From the NCBI GenBank assembly GCA_038214755.1, contig JBBQRQ010000001.1, forward strand, positions 32,001 to 96,000: a stretch of 64,000 nt of DNA, read 5' to 3'. How positions within the stretch are numbered: the stretch's first letter is position 1; the number at the start of each line of letters is the position of its first letter. Below the pieces are notes generated by a model. That model saw only the letters and a list, made by a program, of their open reading frames with translations, ran no database searches and had not been told where the DNA came from. Source of the stretch: Verrucomicrobiota bacterium. GTDB lineage: Bacteria; Verrucomicrobiota; Verrucomicrobiia; Limisphaerales; CANJXF01. Positions 27,163-35,849 of this stretch are shown piece after piece. The position numbers and the translations under genes were made by a program.

Positions 27163-28622
27163 AATGCCGCTTTCTCTTCGTGCCAATTCGTGGATTGCTC
27201 GTAGGCATGAGCGATTTTTAAAATCGTTTCTTCGCCAAAAGGTTTTCCGAGGAGTTGCAAACCGATGGGCAGTTTTGGGTTTGTCGTGAAGCCGCAGGGA
27301 ATACTGATCCCCGGAATGCCGGCGAGATTGCAGGAGATCGTGAAAATATCGGACAGATACATTTGCAACGGGTCGTCGGATTTTTCGCCGATTTTGAAAG
27401 CAGGCGTCGGAGTCGTTGGCGTGACGATGGCGTCCACTTTTTCAAACGCTTTCAGGAAATCCTGGCGGATGAGCGTGCGGACTTTTTGGGCGCGCAAATA
27501 AAATGCGTCGTAATAACCGCTGCTCAAAACGTAAGTGCCGAGGATGATGCGGCGTTTGACTTCCGCGCCGAATCCTGCGCCACGAGTGCGGCTGTAAAGT
27601 TCGTCGGGGCTCGTGCCTTCGACCCGCGCGCCGTAGCGGATGCCATCGAAGCGCGCGAGGTTGGCGCTGGCCTCGGCGGTGGCGACGATATAATAAGTTG
27701 CGACGGCGTAATCAGTGTGCGGCAAAGAAATTTCCACGATTTCCGCGCCCAGATTTTCGAGTTGCTTGACGGCTGTGTGGACCGCAGCGCTCACTTCAGG
27801 ATTCATCCCGCCGATCATGTATTCCTTTGGCAAACCCAGCCGCAGTCCTTTGATCTCGCCATTCAACGCCGCTGAATAATTTGCAACTGGTTGAGGAACA
27901 CTCGTGGAATCCCGATGGTCAACTCCGCTCATTACCTCGAGCAATATCGCCGCATCGCGCACGTCTTTTGTCAGCGGACCAATTTGATCGAGCGACGATG
28001 CAAATGCGACGAGACCGTATCGCGAAATGCGTCCGTAAGTTGGCTTGAGTCCGATGCAGCCACAGAGCGCGGCGGGTTGGCGAATCGAGCCGCCGGTGTC
28101 GGTGCCGAGTGATGCGAGACATTCGTCCGCTGCGACGGCTGCCGCCGAACCGCCGGATGAACCGCCGGGAATTCGCGTCGTGTCCCACGGATTTTTCGTG
28201 ACGCCGAACGCGGAATTTTCCGTCGAACTGCCCATGGCAAATTCATCCATGTTCAATCGGCCAAAAATAATTGCTCCAGCGGATTTTAATTTTTCAATGG
28301 CCGTCGCGTCATACGGCGAAATGAATTGGCCGAGAATTCCTGAGCCGCAATTCAGCGGCTGATTTTTCACGGCGAGCACGTCTTTGACGGCGATAGGAAT
28401 TCCGAGCAGCGGTCTTTGTAATTGCGTTGCGCCGCTGAAAATTTCTTTATCTGCGGCGTCAGCCTGGGCGAGAGCATCCGTCGCATCGTAAGAAATAAAA
28501 GCGTGAACTTTCCCCTCCACGCGCTGGATTTGGTCGAGGCACGATTGCATCGCTTCGCGCGCGGAGACTTCGCGCTTGGATAATTTTTCTGCGAGTTCGG
28601 AAATAGTGAGTTGGTTGAGCAT
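27159..28622 (-). CDS. gatA: Asp/Glu-tRNA amidotransferase subunit A
   Basis: [60 protein letters not shown]. Confidence 0.97.
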   Translation of the reverse strand: MLNQLTISELAEKLSKREVSAREAMQSCLDQIQRVEGKVHAFISYDATDALAQADAADKEIFSGATQLQRPLLGIPIAVKDVLAVKNQPLNCGSGILGQFISPYDATAIEKLKSAGAIIFGRLNMDEFAMGSSTENSAFGVTKNPWDTTRIPGGSSGGSAAAVAADECLASLGTDTGGSIRQPAALCGCIGLKPTYGRISRYGLVAFASSLDQIGPLTKDVRDAAILLEVMSGVDHRDSTSVPQPVANYSAALNGEIKGLRLGLPKEYMIGGMNPEVSAAVHTAVKQLENLGAEIVEISLPHTDYAVATYYIVATAEASANLARFDGIRYGARVEGTSPDELYSRTRGAGFGAEVKRRIILGTYVLSSGYYDAFYLRAQKVRTLIRQDFLKAFEKVDAIVTPTTPTPAFKIGEKSDDPLQMYLSDIFTISCNLAGIPGISIPCGFTTNPKLPIGLQLLGKPFGEETILKIAHAYEQSTNWHEEKAAL

Positions 28623-28626
28623 GAAG

Positions 28627-29016
28627 TTATTTCGTAGGAATTCCAAAAGCAGTGCGCGCCTCGTTGCGAAAGGCGCGACAGGTTTTCAGCGCGCGTTCGG
28701 CTTCCCCCTTCGTGAAAATACTTCCTGGGTAACGCGGCTGTATTGCGGAATTCGTCAAGTCTTTCAGAGCGGCGTGAAAAGCAACCCATAATGGTTCGAC
28801 GGCAACGGACTGGTTAAGCAATTGCTCCAGATCGTGGCTCTTGTAAAACTGGATTGAGGCTTCGTTCAACCGCGCCTTCAAATATTTTTCCACGCATTGC
28901 TGCGCATGAAAGCATACGGGCGCGAATAATGGCTTTTTCTTCAAGCGCGACAACGCGACCGCCGCTTGGAAATCTTCTTCCGCTTTCGTGATCCAATCGC
29001 GGGTGCTAGCCTTCAT
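28627..29016 (-). CDS. HEPN domain protein
   Basis: [28 protein letters not shown]. Confidence 0.9.
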   Translation of the reverse strand: MKASTRDWITKAEEDFQAAVALSRLKKKPLFAPVCFHAQQCVEKYLKARLNEASIQFYKSHDLEQLLNQSVAVEPLWVAFHAALKDLTNSAIQPRYPGSIFTKGEAERALKTCRAFRNEARTAFGIPTK

Positions 29017-29386
29017 AAAGAACGACCCCGCGATTCATCACCAGTTCAATAAACATGTCCCGCTCTTGCAAACGCCTGGCAATAAATCCCGGCTTGCGCA
29101 CCAGTAAATCCAATGCAAAAGGTGCGTCAAAGCGCGCACGGATTTCTCGCGCTTTGTTTACTTCATTGCCACGAAATCCCAAGACGACGAGCAAATCCAC
29201 GTCCGACTCTGGCGTCGGCGTTCCGTAAGCATGAGAACCGAATAAAATGATCTTGCTGGGACGAAACTCACGCACCAGCCCATCGCAATAAGCCCGGATG
29301 TCCATCAGCGGCACGACCGACCGCGCTCCAGATTTGGAGGACCCCGCCATCTCCTGCGCCAAACCATTTTCAAGGCGTGGTTTCAT
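29006..29386 (-). CDS. Minimal nucleotidyltransferase (MNT)
   Basis: IILFGSHAYG.PTPESDVDLLVV, GVVLYE. Confidence 0.9.
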   Translation of the reverse strand: MKPRLENGLAQEMAGSSKSGARSVVPLMDIRAYCDGLVREFRPSKIILFGSHAYGTPTPESDVDLLVVLGFRGNEVNKAREIRARFDAPFALDLLVRKPGFIARRLQERDMFIELVMNRGVVLYEG

Positions 29387-29664
29387 TCCACAATTTTTGG
29401 CACGAGAAAAAGCCCGTTCGCCTTCGAGGGCGCGTTGCGCAACGCCTCTTCGTTGGAAAGCGATGGGCGAATTTCGTCCGCGCGAAAAACATTGATCAGT
29501 GGCACAGCGTGGGCGGTTGGCTCGACATTGCTCACGTCCAATTCTTTCAATTTTTCGATGTAGCTGAGGATGTTCTTAAGTTGAACTCCGAGCTTTTCTT
29601 CCTCGTCCGGGGACAAGGCCACGCGCGCGAGGTGGGCGACGTACTTCACATCGAAATCTGACAT
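29383..29664 (-). CDS. gatC: Asp/Glu-tRNA amidotransferase subunit C
   Basis: VAHLARV, LDVSNVEPTAH, NAP....LFLVPKIVE. Confidence 0.95.
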   Translation of the reverse strand: MSDFDVKYVAHLARVALSPDEEEKLGVQLKNILSYIEKLKELDVSNVEPTAHAVPLINVFRADEIRPSLSNEEALRNAPSKANGLFLVPKIVE

Positions 29665-29799
29665 GCGAAAAAATTACGGAGCGTGAATGAAACTTCAAGG
29701 TTCAAAAGCGGAGATGCGCTGCCTCAGATCTTTCTCAGAGTGTTTGCATTTGGTGAGGTGCGGGCCCGTACGTTCACGGGCTGGAAGTGCTCCGGCAAA

Positions 29800-29985
29800 T
29801 GCACAGCCAGCCGCGAAAAAATATTGTCGTCGTCTTGACTTCTTCTGGCGCGGAATCCGACATCGAAACCGCCTACGAATTCGGCGCTAATTCTTATTTG
29901 CTCAAACCCAGCACAGTGGAAGAACGATTGGAACGGGTCAGAGATTTGGAAAAATATTGGCTGGGCCGAAATAAATGTCCGGGCC
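29800..29985 (+). pseudogene. C-terminal half of a CheY-like receiver domain
   Basis: VVVLTSS...SDIETAYEFGANSYLLKP; phospho-acceptor half missing; boundaries approximate. Confidence 0.65.
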
Positions 29986-30018
29986 GCCTGGTACTGCGGC
30001 TACGGCGGTTAAGAAAAA

Positions 30019-30309
30019 TTACTCTTCGTCAAACTTCCGCCTCAGCAATGATTCGAGTTCTTCCAGAGCAGCACTGCCATCCTTGCCTTGGACGGAGACG
30101 GTAATTTTGCTCCCAGGCCCGGCGGCGAGCATCATCAAACCCATGATGCTTTTGCCATTTACTTTCTCGCCATCTTTCTCCACAAAGATTTCGCAATCGA
30201 ATCGGTTGGCCGTTTTGACGAACATGGCGGCGGGACGCGCGTGAATCCCCAGCTTGTTGGTGACGACAAGTTCTCGTTCATGGCCTGGGGTTAATTTCTT
30301 CGCGCTCAT
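30019..30309 (-). CDS. ptsH: Phosphocarrier HPr
   Basis: GIHARPA, NGKSIMGLMML. Confidence 0.95.
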   Translation of the reverse strand: MSAKKLTPGHERELVVTNKLGIHARPAAMFVKTANRFDCEIFVEKDGEKVNGKSIMGLMMLAAGPGSKITVSVQGKDGSAALEELESLLRRKFDEE

Positions 30310-30348
30310 CAAAGTGATTCAGCCAAACAATATTTTTTGCAGAAAGTT

Positions 30349-31296
30349 TTACAAGCGCAGATTGCCCGACATTTGCGCCAGAAGCCGGTCGTTCAATTCC
30401 TGCGCCGGATTGTGGCCGGATGATTTGAGCTTCGTTTGAAACGCCGCGACCTCGATAAGCCGCGCCAAATCTCGTCCCGGTCGCACCGGAATTGTGATGT
30501 GCGAAATATCGATGCCCAAAATCTTCACGAATTGCTCGTCCATCCCGAGCCGATCGACATCATCGACTTGGTCCCATGATTTGAGAGTCACGACCAGATC
30601 GACCCGCTTTTCCTGGCGAATACTTTTGACGCCAAACATGGCCGCGACATTGATGATGCCGATGCCGCGCACCTCCATGTGATTGCGCGTGAGGTCCGCG
30701 CTGGTGCCGACCACTTCGCGTCCATCGATCACCGTGACGCGCGTGATGTCGTCGGAAACCAAACTGTAACCGCGATCGATCAGCGCCAGAACAGTTTCAC
30801 TTTTTCCAATGCCGCTCTCTCCGCGAATAATCACGCCGATGCCGAGAATATCGACCATGCTGCCAATGTCTGAGCCGCGCGGGGCGAACAACATTTCCAG
30901 CGCGAGCGTGGCGAGGTTGATAAACTTCATCGTGATCAGCGGACACTTGAACACCGGCACGTCCGCGGTCTCCGCAGCTTGCAACAAAAGTTTATCCGGC
31001 TGCAAATTGCGCGAAAAAACAACGCAGGGAATTTTGTGGGAAAATAAAGTTTGATAACGTTCTTTGCGTTCTTCGGTCGAGAGCGATTTCAAAAAAGTGA
31101 ATTCCGCATTGCCGATGACTTGAATGCGTTTGTTGGCGAAGTAGCGAGTGAAACCGGCCAGCGCGAGGCCCGGCCGATTCACCGTCGGCTCGCGAATCAC
31201 TCGCTTCAATCCGTTGGCGCCGGCAACGAGTTGCATTTGCAATGCGCCGGATTGCTCGCTGTAGAATCGCTCGACTGTGATGTCGTCTTGTTTCAT
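30349..31296 (-). CDS. hprK: HPr kinase/phosphorylase
   Basis: NRPGLALAGF, GESGIGKSE, LVSDD, MEVRGIGIINV, IPVRPGR. Confidence 0.95.
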   Translation of the reverse strand: MKQDDITVERFYSEQSGALQMQLVAGANGLKRVIREPTVNRPGLALAGFTRYFANKRIQVIGNAEFTFLKSLSTEERKERYQTLFSHKIPCVVFSRNLQPDKLLLQAAETADVPVFKCPLITMKFINLATLALEMLFAPRGSDIGSMVDILGIGVIIRGESGIGKSETVLALIDRGYSLVSDDITRVTVIDGREVVGTSADLTRNHMEVRGIGIINVAAMFGVKSIRQEKRVDLVVTLKSWDQVDDVDRLGMDEQFVKILGIDISHITIPVRPGRDLARLIEVAAFQTKLKSSGHNPAQELNDRLLAQMSGNLRL

Positions 31297-31311
31297 GAGT
31301 GAAGGATAAAG

Positions 31312-31383
31312 CGTGAAACGTGAAACGTGAATTCCTATTTCACGCTTCACGTTTCACGTCTCACGCTTCGCGCTTCACTTCAC
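31312..31383. repeat. Inverted heptamer array (CGTGAAA)n...(TTTCACG)n
   Basis: Between lptB and hprK; a related short run (GCGGAAC) at 36481-36510. Confidence 0.8.
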
Positions 31384-32102
31384 ATATTAAAATCCGGCCC
31401 CAGGTAAATCTCCCGCGCCTTCGGATCCTTTGCCAAAAATTCCGCCGACCCTTCGCGCAGGACTTCGCCTTTCACGATGATGTAGCCGCGGTCAATCAGC
31501 TTCAACATTTCGCGCACGCTGTGATCAGTGATTAAAATTCCCAAACTGCGATCGCGCAGACGGCGCACAATTTTTTGCACTTCGTACACGGCGATCGGAT
31601 CGATTCCGGCAAAAGGCTCATCGAGCAAAAGCAATTTCGGACTCGTCACCAGCGCGCGCGTGATTTCCAATCGGCGCTTTTCGCCGCCGCTCAAGGTGTA
31701 GGCTTTGTTTTTGGCGAGCGGCGCGAGATCCAATTCATCGAGCAAATATTTCAGCCGCGCTTTTCGCTCCGCTCCGTCTATTTTGCACGTCTCCAAAATG
31801 GCGAGAATATTTTGCTCAACCGTCAGCTTGCGAAACACCGACGGCTCCTGCGTAAGATAACCAATGCCAAGACGCGCGCGTTTGTGCATCGGCAACGTCG
31901 TGATTTCTTTTCCTTCAAACTTCACCGCGCCTTCGTCCGGCTTCACAATTCCGACGACCATGTTGAACGTCGTCGTTTTTCCCGCGCCATTGGGTCCGAG
32001 CAGCCCGACGATTTCTCCTGCGGCGACATTGATCGAAACGCCATCAACCACTCGACGATGTCCATAGGCTTTTACCAATTTTTCAGTGGTCAACAAACTC
32101 AT
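31380..32102 (-). CDS. lptB: LPS export ABC transporter ATPase
   Basis: GLLGPNGAGKTT, LSGGEKRRLEI, LDEPFAGIDP, GILITDH. Confidence 0.95.
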   Translation of the reverse strand: MSLLTTEKLVKAYGHRRVVDGVSINVAAGEIVGLLGPNGAGKTTTFNMVVGIVKPDEGAVKFEGKEITTLPMHKRARLGIGYLTQEPSVFRKLTVEQNILAILETCKIDGAERKARLKYLLDELDLAPLAKNKAYTLSGGEKRRLEITRALVTSPKLLLLDEPFAGIDPIAVYEVQKIVRRLRDRSLGILITDHSVREMLKLIDRGYIIVKGEVLREGSAEFLAKDPKAREIYLGPDFNM

Positions 32103-32140
32103 GGTTTCAAGAGTGCTTTCGTTCCGGATTTTGCGCCAGA

Positions 32141-32258
32141 GCCGTAGCGCAGGTTTTTAACCTGCTGTATCGCAGGTTTGCAACCTGCTGGCCATCTCCC
32201 TTCAGCGCATACCGATTGCAAATCGGCGATACAGCAGCTTACAAAGCTGCGCTACGGC
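32141..32258. repeat. Family E element; supplies the TAG stop of the lptA-like gene
   Basis: Matches 1389-1499 in reverse orientation. Confidence 0.9.
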
Positions 32259-34312
32259 TTTTGCCATTCCGGCCTGATTGCGTTCGCCGAGTTGAGCGGA
32301 GTCACTTTGTAGGGACGCGCGCTCATTTTTCCCGTTTTCAAATCCCAACGCAAAGTCGTGGCATCGCTAATCAAAAGCGTGTCCGTGGCCGCTGAAGGTT
32401 GGCCGGTTAATTCCGCGAGGTCCCCGGCTGAATCATAAACGGCCCGTTCTCCATTGGCGCGAATCTGCTTTCTGCCGGAACCGATCTGCTCAATTTTTTC
32501 CAGCAAAACATTTTGCTCGGCCACGATGCTTTCAATCTGATTGGTCGTCGGCAAAAATTTTATATCGACTCGTTCCGCGGAAATGCGTTTGACCGTTATG
32601 CTCGGACTCAACTGGCCTTCTCCGTAGCCGCCGACGTGAGGAGGCGGATTGGCGCGCCCATGTCGGGAGTCCGCCTCCTCACGTCGGCGGCTACGATTGT
32701 CTGTGCCAGTGCGTTCCGTCTGTTCGCCCACCACTTTGGTTCGGGCATGAATGCTTTCGAACAAACCCGTGCTGGGAGATCGGTTGAGTTGGACCGATTG
32801 GCCAGTGATGGTTCTCTCCAGAATTTTTGAAAGAGCAGCCGCGCCGACAATCTGTTGGAGAAAAACATTTTGCTTCGCGACAACAACTTCCACCTGGTTG
32901 CTCGCGCCGAATGAGACTGCCAAAAAATGGCAGCGCAAAAGCGTTTGTGAAAGATTCGTGTCCACCGTTTTCGCGCGGACATGTTCCCGGAACGTCGCAA
33001 GATTCGTGCGATAGGAAAAATCATCTGACCAAATTTCGACGATTTGCGCCGCCCTTGAATTTGTGGAACTACCGGCTGCAAAAGTTTTGCCGAACATCGC
33101 CGCGGGCAGTTTCAAGTACACATTCGTTCGCGCCCCAAAAAAATGATTCGTCCGGCCAAAGACCAGAACCTCGCCGGTGATTGCGCTCTCTTTCATTTTC
33201 CAATTCGGATTTCCGGTCAACTCCATCAGCCCCGTCGCTTCGCGGTAGATGGCGCGTTCGGCAGTGGCGCGGCTCTGATCGCTCTCGCTCGTGATCACCA
33301 CATTGGTTTCGGCAAGCATTTCCTGAATTGGCCCGTTGGTCGGCATTTTAAAAGTCATCACGTCCGAGGAAACGATGACCCGGCTTTGCGCTGCCGCATT
33401 TGTCGTTGTGGAAACTGCGCTCAGATTCAGCGCATCCAGTTGAATGAGTTTGTGACGGGGAACTTTGAAAACGACATTTTGTTCGGCGCGAAATAAATTG
33501 TTCGCGCGATCAAAAATAAATTTGTCTGCTTGGCCTTCGCGCTCGCCGTCCGACCAAAACGGATGGCCGGTGAGTTCGACCATCTCCCGATTATTCTCCA
33601 AGGTGTAAGTCGCGTGATCACCCGTGGCGCGGCTGTTATCTTTTTTGTTAACGATGACGACGCGATTTTCCGCGATGATCTGCTGAATGGTTTTGTTGGT
33701 GGTAAGAACGATGTTCAATGAATCGCAAGTCAGTTCCATTTGCGGATCGTCCACGCGAACGTTTCCCGTGTAGGTGACGAGGTTCGATTCCAGGAGAAAC
33801 CGAAAATGATCGGAAAAAATCAGGAGTTGATTGGTGGAAGTTTTGCCGGACGCAGGAAAGGAATTTCCGGCTGAGTTCGTGTTAAACAAACTTTTGTTAA
33901 TCCTGGTTTCCACTTTGTTCGAAATGACCAGGAGCGCGTTGCTTTGCTGGCAGAAAAATCCCAGGCCCCGAATGTAAAGATTGGTCGTCACGGTGTAAGC
34001 CTTCATCGGGCCGGGCGACGATGCGACGGAGGTGTTGCGGTCAAACAAACATTCCGGCGCTTCAGCAATCAGCTCGACCTGGTTGGTGTCGCTGTTGCGT
34101 AAAATTTTCATGCGGAAATCAGTCACGAAAACTTGTGAGCCGGTGACTTGTTTGGCGCTTTTACCAGAGAGAATCGCTTTCAGTTTCTCGCCTTCGCGAT
34201 AGACGGCCTGAAAGCCTGTTCCGCTGACACGTTGAGGAGTTTGGGCGCGCAGAAAAATGATTCCGGTCGAAAATAAAATGGCGAGGAGGCCAAACTTTTT
34301 AGCCGTAACCAT
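32252..34312 (-). CDS. Long LptA/OstA-family beta-jellyroll protein (frame also open upstream to ATG 34669)
   Basis: Between kdsA and lptB; repeated YTGNVRV / AE.NV / RAT..(R/H)A.Y / ELTG.P units; hydrophobic N-terminus at MVTAKKFGLL. Confidence 0.8.
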   Translation of the reverse strand: MVTAKKFGLLAILFSTGIIFLRAQTPQRVSGTGFQAVYREGEKLKAILSGKSAKQVTGSQVFVTDFRMKILRNSDTNQVELIAEAPECLFDRNTSVASSPGPMKAYTVTTNLYIRGLGFFCQQSNALLVISNKVETRINKSLFNTNSAGNSFPASGKTSTNQLLIFSDHFRFLLESNLVTYTGNVRVDDPQMELTCDSLNIVLTTNKTIQQIIAENRVVIVNKKDNSRATGDHATYTLENNREMVELTGHPFWSDGEREGQADKFIFDRANNLFRAEQNVVFKVPRHKLIQLDALNLSAVSTTTNAAAQSRVIVSSDVMTFKMPTNGPIQEMLAETNVVITSESDQSRATAERAIYREATGLMELTGNPNWKMKESAITGEVLVFGRTNHFFGARTNVYLKLPAAMFGKTFAAGSSTNSRAAQIVEIWSDDFSYRTNLATFREHVRAKTVDTNLSQTLLRCHFLAVSFGASNQVEVVVAKQNVFLQQIVGAAALSKILERTITGQSVQLNRSPSTGLFESIHARTKVVGEQTERTGTDNRSRRREEADSRHGRANPPPHVGGYGEGQLSPSITVKRISAERVDIKFLPTTNQIESIVAEQNVLLEKIEQIGSGRKQIRANGERAVYDSAGDLAELTGQPSAATDTLLISDATTLRWDLKTGKMSARPYKVTPLNSANAIRPEWQKP
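32623..32695. repeat. Family A doublet in frame inside the lptA-like gene
   Basis: Same arms and 73-bp length as 7423-7495; encodes RSRRREEADSRHGRANPPPHVGGY. Confidence 0.92.
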
Positions 34313-34332
34313 GCAGTGGAAAAGATTGCCCG

Positions 34333-34493
34333 CCCTCACCCCAGCCCTCTCCCCCGAGGAGAGGGAACCTGAAATCATCGCTCTCGATAACTCACTGAAC
34401 GGTGCACATTTTCCCGCGCTGAAGAACGTTCTCCCTCTCCTCGGAGGAGAGGGCCGGGGTGAGGTCGAGCGTTTCTCTTCACTGAATAGTTCC
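34333..34493. repeat. Family I doublet
   Basis: Right part is the reverse complement of ~62411-62477. Confidence 0.85.
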
Positions 34494-34541
34494 GGTTTGG
34501 CGAACGAGAAAAACATATCAGATATCGAACGCCAAAGGAGC

Positions 34542-34637
34542 GGAGCGCGGACAGCCTTGTCCGCGCGAACCCGAAATGGTGAAACGCGTGGGGCTTTTGT
34601 TCGTTTTGAAGCGCGCGGACAAGGCTGTCCGCGCTCC
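34542..34637. repeat. Family H doublet (GGAGCGCGGACAGCCTTGTCCGCGCG...CGCGCGGACAAGGCTGTCCGCGCTCC)
   Basis: 26-bp perfect inverted arms. Confidence 0.88.
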
Positions 34638-34676
34638 ACTTGAGAAATTGGCGCTTTAAGTTTTTTCATGCCGACT

Positions 34677-35498
34677 TTAAATCCCTACCACGGCCGCGTG
34701 GACTTTGAGCAGGCTCGAAATAATTTTCGGCATTTGCTGCAATGGAATCATGTTCGGTCCATCGCTCAAGCCGCGATCAGGATCAGGATGCGTCTCCATG
34801 AAAATTCCGTTCGCGCCCGCGGCTATCGCTGCTCGCGCCAGCACCGGGGCGAACTCGCGTTGTCCACCGGAACGATCTCCCGCCGCACCCGGCAACTGCA
34901 CGGAATGGGTTGCATCAAAAACAACGGGAAATCCAAAACCGCGCATGATCGGAATGGAGCGCATGTCCGCAACGAGATTGTTGTAACCAAAAGTGGTCCC
35001 GCGTTCGGTCAACAAAATTTTCTTCCCGCCTGCCGCCACCGCTTTTTTGGCGACCTGACCCATTTCCTGCGGTGAAAGAAATTGCCCCTTTTTTAGGTTC
35101 ACAATTTTTCCAGTGCAAACGGCCGCGTTGATCAGATCAGTCTGACGGCAAAGGAAGGCGGGAATTTGCAAAACGTCCACGACCTCGGCGGCGAGCGCGA
35201 CATGTTCTTCGGTGTGAACATCGGTCAGAATGGGCAGGTCAAACTCCGCGCGAATTTTTCGCAGCACGCTCAACCCGGATTTTATTCCCGGTCCGCGAAA
35301 CGATTTGCCAGAGGAGCGATTGGCTTTGTCGAAACTGGCTTTGAAAATAAAAGTGACGCCAAGTTTCGCGCAGGTTTTCCGCATCGCCGCCGCAATTTGG
35401 AAGCAAAGTTTTTCGCTCTCGATCACACACGGCCCGGCAATTAAAAAAAGTTGTCGCGGAGAATTGATTGAGTTCCAGATCGCGGAAGCATTGAGCAC
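34677..35498 (-). CDS. kdsA: KDO8P synthase
   Basis: IAGPCVIES, KASFDKANRSS, QIPAFLCRQTDL, KKGQF, FDATHSVQ. Confidence 0.97.
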   Translation of the reverse strand: MLNASAIWNSINSPRQLFLIAGPCVIESEKLCFQIAAAMRKTCAKLGVTFIFKASFDKANRSSGKSFRGPGIKSGLSVLRKIRAEFDLPILTDVHTEEHVALAAEVVDVLQIPAFLCRQTDLINAAVCTGKIVNLKKGQFLSPQEMGQVAKKAVAAGGKKILLTERGTTFGYNNLVADMRSIPIMRGFGFPVVFDATHSVQLPGAAGDRSGGQREFAPVLARAAIAAGANGIFMETHPDPDRGLSDGPNMIPLQQMPKIISSLLKVHAAVVGI

Positions 35499-35586
35499 CG
35501 AAAGGTTTTAGCAGCGCAGAATTGGAAAGTAAATGGCGCGAAGAGTAGGCGATGCCCGAAACCCGCGCGCCGTCGCGAGGGCTGGC

Positions 35587-35751
35587 TAGCATCTGCCTCC
35601 GGCCTGGTCATTACCGACATCTCTGCGTGTGTCTTCAATCCTGTTGGGATTGGGGACGCCCGAGGAATTGTGGGTAATGGCAAGGCCTCCGGCGGGTGCG
35701 AAATGATCTTTTTCGAGAAGAACTCGCACCCGCCGGAGGCAGATGCTACCC
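35587..35751. repeat. Family B doublet whose left arm is split by a MITE-like insert
   Basis: TAGCATCTGCCTCCGGC [insert] GCCTCCGGCGGGTGCGAAA ... TCGCACCCGCCGGAGGCAGATGCTACCC. Confidence 0.85.
35604..35684. mobile_element. 81-bp MITE-like element with 16-bp imperfect TIRs and 9-bp target duplication GCCTCCGGC
   Basis: CTGGTCATTACCGACA / TGTGGGTAATGGCAAG (13 of 16 pair); direct repeats at 35595-35603 and 35685-35693. Confidence 0.75.
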
Positions 35752-35849
35752 ACCGCTTGGTTTGGGTCAGGTCAAAGGTTTCGATTCCTATCTTGAAACT
35801 AGAGACCCGTTCCGTAAAGAGATGAACTTCCAATCCAATCAAACGACGA

